From positions 10,130 through 74,129 of the IMG/VR virus record IMGVR_UViG_2851924183_000002: a stretch of 64,000 nt of DNA. One strand, 5' to 3'. The translations under genes were made by a program, and so were the position numbers. The notes beneath the pieces are model-generated. The model made no database searches. It was not told where the DNA came from and saw only the letters and a list, made by a program, of their open reading frames with translations. This document shows, in pieces, positions 9,364 through 18,437 of this stretch. The stretch's first letter is position 1. Every line of letters starts with the position of its first letter. This DNA is from a virus. Its lineage: Duplodnaviria; Caudoviricetes.

Positions 9364-9822
9364 TTATAGGCACTTGTCATCAACAACAATATATTCAAAA
9401 AGTTTGATTTTTTCTGCATCGCCTACCTGTTTGTAGTATTCCAATGCATCAAATGCAGCGTTACAAATTTTAGAATGATTTAATGATCCAGCAGATAATA
9501 AAAAATATTCTTGTTCTGCACTTTGTGCTTTTTCAAGTAATTCTTCCCTGGTTGGATTAAGGTAGTGTATTAACGATAAAAAAATACCTGCAACTAACAT
9601 TCCAGGCAAAAAACCTTGAGCAAAAGGCTGTTTAACTTTCCCTTGTTTTTTGAGAAAAAATCCTGTTCCCAACCAAACAGCAAGCCACAAAAAAATAAAT
9701 ATGTAGAGTGAGGCACCTTGGGTCAAATATGCATCTTTCATTGCTAAGAAAGCCAATACCAGTACAAAGCCTATAGTTAATGCCCCTATAAGCAATAACA
9801 CCCATCTAAATATTAATTTCAT
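9364..9822 (-). CDS. AT-rich 3-TM membrane protein (moron) between terminase and portal
   Basis: Three hydrophobic helices plus a soluble C-terminus; AT-rich upstream region with TATAAT and GAAGGG RBS. Confidence 0.75.
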   Translation of the reverse strand: MKLIFRWVLLLIGALTIGFVLVLAFLAMKDAYLTQGASLYIFIFLWLAVWLGTGFFLKKQGKVKQPFAQGFLPGMLVAGIFLSLIHYLNPTREELLEKAQSAEQEYFLLSAGSLNHSKICNAAFDALEYYKQVGDAEKIKLFEYIVVDDKCL

Positions 9823-9885
9823 ATAACCCTTCAAAATTTATTATAAAAAATTAATTTTAGTTATTTTTTTTAAAAATCAAAAGGG

Positions 9886-11409
9886 TTAAATAAATGTTCG
9901 TTCTGATGAAAAATCGAAATCTTCAAAACTTGAATTTTCATGACTAGGCAACGGGGTGAACTCATAAGGCGCACTAGGATTCTTGCTGGCATAATCAGCG
10001 AGTAAGTGAGCAATACCACTATCACCATGTCGTTTCTTACCATCTGCACCCGTGGTACGGACATCAGGAATACGCGCTACGCCTTTGACTAATACGAATG
10101 CACGGTGGTCATCCATAATATCTTTGTCTTTAGGCATGTTAGCAATATCACCATCTTCTAACGCAGCTTTAAAGTGAGGTGTATGTTCACGATACCAACC
10201 TTCAGACAAATGAATTGCTTCAATTTTGTCACCAAACGCAATTTGCATGGCTTCAGCTAAATAACCACCATTACCTGTAGCATCATGTGCACCTTTACTA
10301 AAGTTAGGCAACGCCTTAGCAATCAACTTAAAGAGCTGCTCTTGTTGCTTGTAAGGCATATTAGATAGTTCAAGTACAAAAGGGCAGTGCTTTCGAGTGT
10401 CCTGGTACTCAATCAAAGGCCAAAATACACATAGATCCGAACGTCGAGCAAAATCGAGTCCATAATAACTACGGTATTTTTTAGGAATTGAATCTAATAA
10501 TGGTTTAATTACATCATCAAATAATATTTTAATTTCACTATGACGCGCTTCTTCAGTCCACGTTTCAAAGCCTTTAGGCGCTGACCAACGAATTACAGGA
10601 ATATCTTTTTGGCGCTGTTCTAATAAACCTTGAGATAACCAACGACCACCGCCTTTAGATGGAATAACATCAAGCTCTTCATCTGCTGCATCGCCATAGA
10701 AACTATAAACATCATCAACCCATGCTTGTTCTTCTTCAGGTTTATATTCAATGCCCTTACGTAGGCAGACTCGTTTATATAGGCCTTGATCAACAGCTTC
10801 ACGGAACGTTGTACGGTGTACTGAGCCTTTACGCTTACCAGCACGGATTTCTTTAATGAGTTCATTGAATGGATTATCTTCGCCATCGTGCGTGCTGATC
10901 ACGCGCACACATCCACCCCAAATCAGCAAGGCAAGAGCTGCTTTTAAAAGTTCATCTAAATTTTCATGGAAGCCAGCTTCATCAAGTATGACTCGACCTT
11001 GACGACCACGTAAGTTGGATGGTCTGCTTGTTAAGGCTTCAATACGTCGACCAGAGTTAGGGAACCGAATAATATAAGTTTGAATATGCTTATCACCATC
11101 TTCCCAAACACTTTCTTCAATTTCAGTTGCAGCAGCATCGTAGGCTTTAGCCCACATTGCACAAGCCTGGATAAATTCAACAGTCATGTCTTTGTTATAA
11201 CCTAGGTAATAACAATTTTGACCGCCTTCAGACATTGCATCTAAAACTGCATCGGCAGCTTCAGCCCATGTCAAACCAATACGACGTGACTTTTCAGCAA
11301 CCTTCAGCTGGCTTGTATCAGCAATCCATTCCTGTTGATACGGCAATAGAACAGCAGGAACATCACTATTAAAATCAGGTGCTAGTACTGGATTGATAGG
11401 AGCATTCAT
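9886..11409 (-). CDS. Terminase large subunit (Mu gp28)
   Basis: EKSRRIGLTW Walker A, RVILDEAGFH Walker B, GLDFAR, RHGDS nuclease motifs. Confidence 0.95.
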   Translation of the reverse strand: MNAPINPVLAPDFNSDVPAVLLPYQQEWIADTSQLKVAEKSRRIGLTWAEAADAVLDAMSEGGQNCYYLGYNKDMTVEFIQACAMWAKAYDAAATEIEESVWEDGDKHIQTYIIRFPNSGRRIEALTSRPSNLRGRQGRVILDEAGFHENLDELLKAALALLIWGGCVRVISTHDGEDNPFNELIKEIRAGKRKGSVHRTTFREAVDQGLYKRVCLRKGIEYKPEEEQAWVDDVYSFYGDAADEELDVIPSKGGGRWLSQGLLEQRQKDIPVIRWSAPKGFETWTEEARHSEIKILFDDVIKPLLDSIPKKYRSYYGLDFARRSDLCVFWPLIEYQDTRKHCPFVLELSNMPYKQQEQLFKLIAKALPNFSKGAHDATGNGGYLAEAMQIAFGDKIEAIHLSEGWYREHTPHFKAALEDGDIANMPKDKDIMDDHRAFVLVKGVARIPDVRTTGADGKKRHGDSGIAHLLADYASKNPSAPYEFTPLPSHENSSFEDFDFSSERTFI

Positions 11410-11954
11410 TATTTGGCAATTCCTAAGATTTCTTTACGAATAGTGGCAGCAGCTTTAGGGGACAAGCCTCCTTTTTTAGCAATCTCTTCAACAGACTTAG
11501 CCACCTTTTCAACTCGATCACGTACATCAAGCATCCATTTCTTTTGACCAATAGATGCTTGAGCCAAAGAAGCGATGCCTTTACCACATTGAGAAATAAG
11601 AGCTAAACGTTTTGCAGGATCAACGCCTTCACTGCCTGCTTCCTGTAAAGCAATTAAGGTGTCAAATAATTGAGTCTGCATAAGTGAAAGTACAGCTTGA
11701 GTGCGCATATCACTATCATCAGGTGCAGCTTCTGAAATCATAATTGCAGCTTGAGTACTCGCTTGAACAGCTGCTAATTTCTGTTCTAACTTCTGACCAT
11801 AACGATGAACACTTGATTTACTCACGTTATAGCCACGTTCAGCTAAGAGTTCAGCAATTTCTACATAGCCACAAAACCCTTGATCACGGAATCGTGCATC
11901 AAGCCACGCTTTGTCTTCAGCATTTAATTGATCAATTGCAGATGGCTTTGCCAT
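11409..11954 (-). CDS. Terminase small subunit (Mu gp27, DUF3486)
   Basis: GYNVSKSSVHRYG HTH, terminal IRKEILGI. Confidence 0.88.
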   Translation of the reverse strand: MAKPSAIDQLNAEDKAWLDARFRDQGFCGYVEIAELLAERGYNVSKSSVHRYGQKLEQKLAAVQASTQAAIMISEAAPDDSDMRTQAVLSLMQTQLFDTLIALQEAGSEGVDPAKRLALISQCGKGIASLAQASIGQKKWMLDVRDRVEKVAKSVEEIAKKGGLSPKAAATIRKEILGIAK

Positions 11955-11956
11955 GG

Positions 11957-12268
11957 CTAGACTCCCCAATATTTGGCAGGGCGTGCAATCCCAGCAGGAC
12001 AATCAACTGTGTATTCAACAACATCAATACCGTTAGAATTTAATGTTGAGTGCCAGTGCCCATCAGGCAGACGCTTAATATCGACCAATTCTTTATTTTC
12101 TAAATAGGCCAATTGAGCATGGAGTTCGTTGGCGGTAGCGTCTGGATAAATGGCTTGAACCACAGTCAGAACTAAAACGTCCATTGCACCCAGTGGTCGG
12201 GCATTGTTCAGTGCATTCAGTAACAACCAACGCATGTTTTCACGACGTGCTTTTACGAGATCTGTCAT
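11957..12268 (-). CDS. Mu gp26-like winged-helix protein
   Basis: RRENMRWLLL...LAYLENKELV...GIDVVEY...PAGIARP. Confidence 0.75.
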   Translation of the reverse strand: MTDLVKARRENMRWLLLNALNNARPLGAMDVLVLTVVQAIYPDATANELHAQLAYLENKELVDIKRLPDGHWHSTLNSNGIDVVEYTVDCPAGIARPAKYWGV

Positions 12269-12612
12269 TGTTTATTCATTCCTTGGCGTATTTGAACGTT
12301 TTCAATTTTTAAAGCCAAAGCATCAAGCTTGACTTCAATCAGCGTTTGGCCGCGAATATAGTCTTCACGAGCAACATAGACATGTGGCAAATCAATCTGA
12401 AACTTATAAAATTTTCGTTCTAGATCACGAATGTCGTCATGGTTCTGTGCGGATTGCTTCGCAACATCCTCAAGTCGGTTCTGCATCACTTGAAAGTTGT
12501 TATTGAGATTTGTTTCAATGCGTCCCCATAGAATTTTGATGGTTGCGATGACAGTACTGATCATCACAATCAAAATCATGATCCATTGATATAAATCCAT
12601 TTGAATAGCCAC
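12265..12612 (-). CDS. Mu gp25-like membrane-anchored coiled-coil protein
   Basis: N-terminal TM, coiled coil, LPHVYVAREDYIR motif; synteny. Confidence 0.65.
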   Translation of the reverse strand: MAIQMDLYQWIMILIVMISTVIATIKILWGRIETNLNNNFQVMQNRLEDVAKQSAQNHDDIRDLERKFYKFQIDLPHVYVAREDYIRGQTLIEVKLDALALKIENVQIRQGMNKQ

Positions 12613-12622
12613 ATATCACCCC

Positions 12623-13009
12623 TTAACCAACAAAGGCTTGAAGGACTGAACGACCACTGTTCAGCATGCTAATTAAAGAATCGATAAACCAAGACACCGT
12701 GGTATGCCAACCTGACCAGATTTGCTTAATTTCTGCGTGAGTTTCTAAGTACTCTTTAATCATGAACTCCAGCACAGCTTCTTTTTTGGCAAGACCTTTG
12801 AGAACACCTTCATTCTCTACAGCTTGCATATATTTTGCGGTGGCTTGAAACATGTCATATACCGCTAACGAGGTGAGCTTAATATTGGTATACGTCTTTT
12901 GGGTGGCCGTAATACCTGCTTCAACGGTTTCGTTGATATGCCCGTAATTTTTTAGAACATAGTCTGCAAGATTGATGATTGCAGTTTTTGAAAATGTGAC
13001 TTTTGGCAT
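12623..13009 (-). CDS. Hypothetical lysis-region protein
   Basis: 128 aa; EGVLKGLAKKEAVLEF motif resembles holin-associated phage proteins. Confidence 0.6.
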   Translation of the reverse strand: MPKVTFSKTAIINLADYVLKNYGHINETVEAGITATQKTYTNIKLTSLAVYDMFQATAKYMQAVENEGVLKGLAKKEAVLEFMIKEYLETHAEIKQIWSGWHTTVSWFIDSLISMLNSGRSVLQAFVG

Positions 13010-13114
13010 TTTGAATACTCTTCTTTATTCGCTTTGTGGTTTGGATTGGATGGCGTATGCCGTCTAATAAATCAAACAGGGCATACACCACCACGACTAC
13101 AGGACGTTTGCGTA

Positions 13115-13723
13115 CTAAGACTTCAATGACCATGATTGAACGCCTTTACTTTGGTTCAAATAACGCCCAGCGAAACCACAGAATGCAATCCACGCAATCA
13201 CATAAACACGAATGTTTTCGGGTAGTATGGCAAGCAATTCTGGCGGGATAGGCGTTGTAGCAAAAAACACAATTAAGCCAAAGCACCAGTTGCTGATCCA
13301 CTTCCAACTGGCACGCCAGTTATGCACTAAGAAGTCATTATTTACAGTACTAGCTACGCCCATGACGTACTCTTGACGCACAGTCTGAAGATTGGATTCG
13401 CTCTGCTTAAGTTGCTTCTTAAGACCAATAATCTCTTGGATATGACGATTAACGACTTGACCCTCTTTGATCAAAAGTTGGTCTTTGTCACTAAGGGTTA
13501 ACGCACTCTCATCTAAACGACTTTCAAGAGTAGAGATGTTTAAACGCAACTGTTGAATTTTGTCCGACTCGTTGGCATTTACAATCAACTGAAGATCTTT
13601 TTGCCCAGTTTCATATCCATGCCGATAGTCTGCATTGCCACGCTTTTCAACCTGTTCTTGAACGCCTTGCTGAATACGGGTTTGAATCAATGAATGAGGA
13701 ACTTTAGATTTTTTATGGCTCAT
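13115..13723 (-). CDS. Holin-like protein with long N-terminal coiled coil
   Basis: C-terminal LVHNWRASWKWISNW...GRYLNQ 2-TM holin-type domain; follows endolysin; GAGGA RBS before ATG 13723. Confidence 0.65.
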   Translation of the reverse strand: MSHKKSKVPHSLIQTRIQQGVQEQVEKRGNADYRHGYETGQKDLQLIVNANESDKIQQLRLNISTLESRLDESALTLSDKDQLLIKEGQVVNRHIQEIIGLKKQLKQSESNLQTVRQEYVMGVASTVNNDFLVHNWRASWKWISNWCFGLIVFFATTPIPPELLAILPENIRVYVIAWIAFCGFAGRYLNQSKGVQSWSLKS

Positions 13724-13734
13724 GATCAGATTCC

Positions 13735-14211
13735 TCAAAGTTCAAAATGAGGTGAGTCATATTCACCTTTTTCACGGTAATTACCATCGTTGTCCCAATC
13801 TGCCCCCCAGCGAATGGATACACCTAATTCTTTGGCCGCGGTAAACATGGCTTGAGCCATTTGGTCAAACTTAGATAAATCATTCCAGTCCACAGGGTAG
13901 GGAACCAAATCAACAGCACGACCCGTAACATGCTTACTGTCGAGAGGATTCTTCAACCAAGTCACTTTGGCTGCTTTAGGTAGGGCATATTTTGCAGGCA
14001 CACCTTTCGCTGTACATTGTGCAGCAGTACGGCCTTTGCCATAGTTGATGTAGCATTGCTCTTTCGTGCGCACACCCTCAACAACCATGAAGTCCTGCGG
14101 CGTGATTTCAATGGCACGCTTCACAACTTTGATTAAATTGGCATCTACACCTTCAAGACGACCCAAACTCAGTTTGGATAACACAAACTTCTTTTTTAAC
14201 TTTTCAGACAT
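13735..14211 (-). CDS. Endolysin, M15 L-Ala-D-Glu peptidase
   Basis: SKHVTGRAVDL and DSPHFEL zinc motifs, IRWGADW. Confidence 0.93.
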   Translation of the reverse strand: MSEKLKKKFVLSKLSLGRLEGVDANLIKVVKRAIEITPQDFMVVEGVRTKEQCYINYGKGRTAAQCTAKGVPAKYALPKAAKVTWLKNPLDSKHVTGRAVDLVPYPVDWNDLSKFDQMAQAMFTAAKELGVSIRWGADWDNDGNYREKGEYDSPHFEL

Positions 14212-14270
14212 TTAATAAACCCTTATCTAACATTGTGTCAGTTTCGAGGTTTAGCGATTAGGTTTGTATC

Positions 14271-14282
14271 GGAACACTTTCC
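14271..14282 (-). promoter_or_regulatory. Late-activator box upstream of lysis operon
   Basis: GGAAcactTTCC, 25 bp from GAAACT (14240-14245), immediately after a terminator hairpin ACCGCC-cgaa-GGCGGT. Confidence 0.75.
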
Positions 14283-14333
14283 ATAAAAAAACCGCCCGAA
14301 GGCGGTGAGATAAAGAGTGCGATTGAAATGGAG

Positions 14334-14771
14334 TCAGGCTAATTGTGAAAACATATCGAGTTGATTGCTTTGTTTCTTATTTTCGGCAGGGCTGACTTGA
14401 TTCTTACGAACTTGCCTAATCCAACGAGTAGTAACATTATATTTTTTTGATAATTCTCGTTGAACTTGTGCGGTAGCACCTAATTCTTCAAGATCCTGTT
14501 CAATACGTTTATCACGTAAAATACTTATATATCTGTCTGACTTTGGAATATAAACAATAACACCATTCCAAAATTGACAAAGTTTTTTGAGATTATTAAA
14601 GCCAAGAAGCTCTGCGAGCTCATGGCTTTCGGATATTGATTTAAGAGGAGGGAAACTATAATCAGAACCGCCATAATGCTTGATTAGAATCATAGCGGTT
14701 CTGTAGTCAGTGAGCTGAATAATCAGCCGAAGGTTGTCTGGTAGTTTATCTAGGTACTCGTCTTGTTTCAT
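14334..14771 (-). CDS. Mor/C-family transcription activator
   Basis: HYGG, VYIPK, RDKRI, LSKKYNVTTRWIRQV HTH; position before lysis genes. Confidence 0.85.
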   Translation of the reverse strand: MKQDEYLDKLPDNLRLIIQLTDYRTAMILIKHYGGSDYSFPPLKSISESHELAELLGFNNLKKLCQFWNGVIVYIPKSDRYISILRDKRIEQDLEELGATAQVQRELSKKYNVTTRWIRQVRKNQVSPAENKKQSNQLDMFSQLA

Positions 14772-15168
14772 TGTTGGCCCGCTTCGCTTTGTACTCCAAT
14801 GCCGCAACTATACGCCACAGTTCATTTTCCGTACAAAATTCTAACGCGTCTTTTTGAAACATTTGTTTAGCAATGCCTTTTGCGTAGTTCCAATGCAGCT
14901 TATGCTCGGTCAAATGGGCCTCAATTTTTCCGATTAAAGCCTCCTTTGATAGTTTCACTTTGGGCTTATTCCCAAAATTACGCTTAGAGAATCCAAGCTG
15001 ATCCAGATGCTGAATGACTTTTAACAAGTCATCCATTGTCATATCTTTGGCAGAACGCTTACCAGTGACATGCTGGAGCATGTCACGGTAGGTATCCTCA
15101 TCAAGGTTCAGCGCTTTTTTACCCATATGGATTGTGGCTAAACGATCATTACGTGAGGATTTTTTCAT
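14746..15168 (-). CDS. gemA: GemA/gp16-family regulator (DUF1018)
   Basis: IHMGKKALNLDEDTYRDML...GKRSAKDM. Confidence 0.88.
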   Translation of the reverse strand: MKKSSRNDRLATIHMGKKALNLDEDTYRDMLQHVTGKRSAKDMTMDDLLKVIQHLDQLGFSKRNFGNKPKVKLSKEALIGKIEAHLTEHKLHWNYAKGIAKQMFQKDALEFCTENELWRIVAALEYKAKRANNETRRVPR

Positions 15169-15467
15169 ATAGGTTTCCCCATATGGTGGGTCGGCAAAAT
15201 ATTGGTATCTTGCTGTTCGACTTTAATATCGTGATACATAACCTCTATGTATTGAAGAATTAAATCTTTAGCACTGTCTAGATCATTTGCAGATGCAAGA
15301 AACCCAGCCACTGCTGTACCAGCAATACAAAATGCAAATTCGTCTGCATCACGTTCGCTAACGTTCGCCATTTGAGAATGCATTGGCACAATCATATTAT
15401 CAAAAATACCTTCGGCAATTTCTTTTGGTGAACCTTGTACTATTTGTTTTTTCGTTTTGTTCATCAT
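15165..15467 (-). CDS. Hypothetical early protein
   Basis: 100 aa ORF translationally coupled in the early operon. Confidence 0.65.
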   Translation of the reverse strand: MMNKTKKQIVQGSPKEIAEGIFDNMIVPMHSQMANVSERDADEFAFCIAGTAVAGFLASANDLDSAKDLILQYIEVMYHDIKVEQQDTNILPTHHMGKPI

Positions 15468-15874
15468 GCTGCAAACTCCGTGATAAGTTCAATTGACTCA
15501 GATACTTTGATTAGGTGGTTAATGGCCCTAGTCGCACTAGAAAAGTAGGGTAGGCGGTATTCATATTTATCATCCAGATCTGGATGCTCTCTGTAGGCTT
15601 TACGCTTACCGTATATTTTCAAAAGTTTGTTTTTAAATGTAGGCTTATATTTGCTAACGAAGTAAGGTGCCAGATACTTAGCCTCAGGGTGTTCACTACT
15701 TTCGGTACACCAACAGCCTTTAACAGTATCATTCACGAATATACCAACAACGAGTTTCATTTTGTGGCGTTGAATGCGTAATGAAATTTCATAACCATCG
15801 CATAAAAGCTCAACACGGCTACAGGTGTCCAGTTCTTTGATAGCAAATTCTTTTTGTTCTTTACTTAACTTCAC
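15464..15874 (-). CDS. Hypothetical early protein
   Basis: 136 aa; VELLCDGYEI...LVVGIFVN motif seen in Mu-like early genes. Confidence 0.7.
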   Translation of the reverse strand: MKLSKEQKEFAIKELDTCSRVELLCDGYEISLRIQRHKMKLVVGIFVNDTVKGCWCTESSEHPEAKYLAPYFVSKYKPTFKNKLLKIYGKRKAYREHPDLDDKYEYRLPYFSSATRAINHLIKVSESIELITEFAA

Positions 15875-16021
15875 GATGTTTCTCCAAGGCTAATAACAAC
15901 TTCTGGTGGCAACTTGTCTAAATCTTCAATTTTGATCATGGTTTTCCTAAATTTTGGTCAAAAAAATCCCGCCAAAAGGCGGGACCTTTTGTTTTGTTAA
16001 ACAGTTAAGATGAAAATCTCA

Positions 16022-16294
16022 TCAATTCAGAGCATCCTTTAATGCTTTACTTGCCTTAAATACTGGGCTTTTTGAAGCAGCAATCGTGATTGCTTCACCC
16101 GTCTGAGGATTACGCCCTTGACGTTCAGCACGATCTGTCACTTTAAAAGTACCAAAGCCTTTTAAATCTACAGATCCACCATTTGCTAACGTATCAATAA
16201 CAGCAGTTTCAAAAGCTTGAAGGCTTGCTGTAGCTTGAACTTTGCTAATACCAGCAGTAGAAGCGATGTGTTGAATAAGTTCAGATTTGTTCAT
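16022..16294 (-). CDS. hup: Phage-encoded HU DNA-binding protein
   Basis: MNKSELI...GFGTF...RQGRNPQTGE...PVFKASKALKDAL. Confidence 0.95.
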   Translation of the reverse strand: MNKSELIQHIASTAGISKVQATASLQAFETAVIDTLANGGSVDLKGFGTFKVTDRAERQGRNPQTGEAITIAASKSPVFKASKALKDALN

Positions 16295-16329
16295 AGTTTT
16301 ATATCCAATTAAATTAATATTGAAGGTTG

Positions 16330-16947
16330 TTAAACATTTGCAAAATCGAGCGAAATCGCTTGATATTTGCCTTCTGCATCACGCTCATAAAAGCGCACAT
16401 AATTCTTACTATCTGTGACAGTGATACTTTCACTGATTGCATCCATTGCACGTAGCCACTTCTCATCCCGAATATCTAAACGACGCAAGGTCAGGACACG
16501 ACCAGTTGAAATTTTTCCTTCCTTATCCACTTGAAAGGCATCATTGATCAATACGCGAATATTGTCGTTAGAACCTGTAGCCCACTCGGAAATACATTCG
16601 TCAATTAAAGCCTTAGCCGCTTGAAGGCTTTCATCAAAACGAATACTTTCTTGGCTTTGACGCACAATCTTGTATTTACCGTCAAAGCTAAACAACGTTA
16701 CATTGCCTTTACTACCACCAATTTGAACGCCATGCTGTTCAGCAGAAAGTTGGATAAATGCCGCAATGTCTTCAAAAGATAACTTTTTAAAAGCCAACAT
16801 CTCTTGCTGTAAAACCTTCGCACCACTAATTAAACGTTCAACCAAATCACTACGTTCAATATCCATAGCCTTGATCTGATCAACAGGAATCAAACGGCCT
16901 TTTGCATCAATGCGGTATCCTGCTGGAATTTCTGTTACTGCGTTCAT
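16330..16947 (-). CDS. DUF3164-family protein
   Basis: KGNVTLFSFDG, AAKALIDEC, AFQVDKEG, YVRFYER. Confidence 0.88.
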   Translation of the reverse strand: MNAVTEIPAGYRIDAKGRLIPVDQIKAMDIERSDLVERLISGAKVLQQEMLAFKKLSFEDIAAFIQLSAEQHGVQIGGSKGNVTLFSFDGKYKIVRQSQESIRFDESLQAAKALIDECISEWATGSNDNIRVLINDAFQVDKEGKISTGRVLTLRRLDIRDEKWLRAMDAISESITVTDSKNYVRFYERDAEGKYQAISLDFANV

Positions 16948-17171
16948 AAATATCCCACTTTCTTAAAGTTATGTTTCGAGTCATTCTCGATTGCAATTTG
17001 GCAATCAATGCAAAGTTTTACGTTACCCAGAGCACGTCGCTGCTCTGGAATTTCATTACCGCAGTCTTCACATGCATGAGCGCTGGGTTGGTCAAAATTA
17101 GGACGGTTATTGAGAGTGCTTAAGATCAACTCGTCATTCTTGTCGTTTGCTAAATCGGCTAGATCTGCCAT
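16944..17171 (-). CDS. TraR/DksA C4 zinc-finger protein
   Basis: MADLADLA, CEDC...IPEQRR...CIDCQ. Confidence 0.9.
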   Translation of the reverse strand: MADLADLANDKNDELILSTLNNRPNFDQPSAHACEDCGNEIPEQRRALGNVKLCIDCQIAIENDSKHNFKKVGYL

Positions 17172-17180
17172 TACTACCTC

Positions 17181-17522
17181 TTAAGTGATTCTTTTTTTAA
17201 CGCAAGCATGTGGACACTTTTGACATGCTCGCCAGTGGCGCATTTCTACTGGATTTTGTGTTGGTGCTTCACGTTCATGAAAACCAATACAAGCCTCTGG
17301 GGTTATTACTTGGTCTAGGTGAGGGCAGTGAATACTGCCCAACACCCGCATAACAATCTTTTCTAGGCGGTCTGTACTGCCTACATATTTTCCCCGTAGT
17401 GCCAGTGACAAACTAGGTCGGGCATAGCCCAATTCATCCGCAACTTTTTGAATCGTGCCCAGTTGCTCAATACGTTGCTCAACAAGCTGAATCCATTTCG
17501 GTTTAGGTGTGTTGCAAGACAT
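17181..17522 (-). CDS. HTH protein with Cys-rich C-terminus
   Basis: VADELGYARPSLSLALRGKY; CPHL...HWRACQKCP. Confidence 0.75.
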   Translation of the reverse strand: MSCNTPKPKWIQLVEQRIEQLGTIQKVADELGYARPSLSLALRGKYVGSTDRLEKIVMRVLGSIHCPHLDQVITPEACIGFHEREAPTQNPVEMRHWRACQKCPHACVKKRIT

Positions 17523-17721
17523 AAGTGAGTACTCCAATCAGAACAATATTGATTGCGAGAAGCAGTGAAATGACTTGCTTACTCCGTACCTGTGTTTCAT
17601 TCAGCTCAAGTTCATTTTGTTCAGCTAAGCGCTTAAATTCATTACGTTCTGTGAACAGTCGAATTCTGTCCTGATGAATAAATTCATGTAGTTCTGGGTC
17701 AATCTGTGCTTTAAGATTCAT
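17503..17721 (-). CDS. Small coiled-coil protein with C-terminal TM
   Basis: 72 aa, coupled ORF in early operon. Confidence 0.65.
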   Translation of the reverse strand: MNLKAQIDPELHEFIHQDRIRLFTERNEFKRLAEQNELELNETQVRSKQVISLLLAINIVLIGVLTYVLQHT

Positions 17722-18424
17722 CGTTCATTTCCTCTTGTTCATGTAACAAAGTGCCGTGTTTCATTTCTTCTTCGAGTTCAGGGCGCTCTGTAAACATCAC
17801 TTGATTTGTATTAGGGTCAAAGACTTGTTTCGCTCTTTGAATTTGAGGGGGATTTGGGCCTGTATCCATAACTGGTAAAAGTCTATATTTAGCTTTACCA
17901 CCTGCATTATTTGCAGGTCGAGTTAATGTTAAATAACCTGCATGGTGTAATGCCCGAAGGTATTCATTCGCTGTTTCTAATTTGATAGAAATCTCATCAT
18001 TCGAAGCCAGTTGAATAAGCTCATGCGCATTAACAGCTTGTTTAGTAATGCGTAAAGCATTCCACATTGCTTTGTTACCAGTTACGCTTACCACTACTTT
18101 TCCATCCTTAGAAATAGACGGCACTGTGTAGCCTAAGTCATTAACTAGCATGAAATATTTTCTTTTAATCGACTTACTATGATCGTAGACTTTAGCTTCA
18201 CGTAGAATTTGCACCACATTGGCTTTCACAAGGCTTGCAACAAATCCACGCGCACTTTCGTATTTCATTTGCCCCAGTTCAGCCACTTGTTCAATCGTGA
18301 ACTCTTCACGATGTTTACGAATAGCAGTCCAAGCACGTTGGCGCGGTGATTGATATGGTTGTCCTGCTTTCATAGTGTTGATTTCCAGTCCTATAGTGAA
18401 TGAATTGTTTTTACCAGTTTGCAT
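17711..18424 (-). CDS. Tandem winged-helix DNA-binding protein (B3-type)
   Basis: RQRAWTAIR and NKAMWNALR repeats, YLRALHHAGYL, TGPNPPQIQR. Confidence 0.75.
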   Translation of the reverse strand: MQTGKNNSFTIGLEINTMKAGQPYQSPRQRAWTAIRKHREEFTIEQVAELGQMKYESARGFVASLVKANVVQILREAKVYDHSKSIKRKYFMLVNDLGYTVPSISKDGKVVVSVTGNKAMWNALRITKQAVNAHELIQLASNDEISIKLETANEYLRALHHAGYLTLTRPANNAGGKAKYRLLPVMDTGPNPPQIQRAKQVFDPNTNQVMFTERPELEEEMKHGTLLHEQEEMNDES

Positions 18425-18437
18425 GAATCAAATACCC

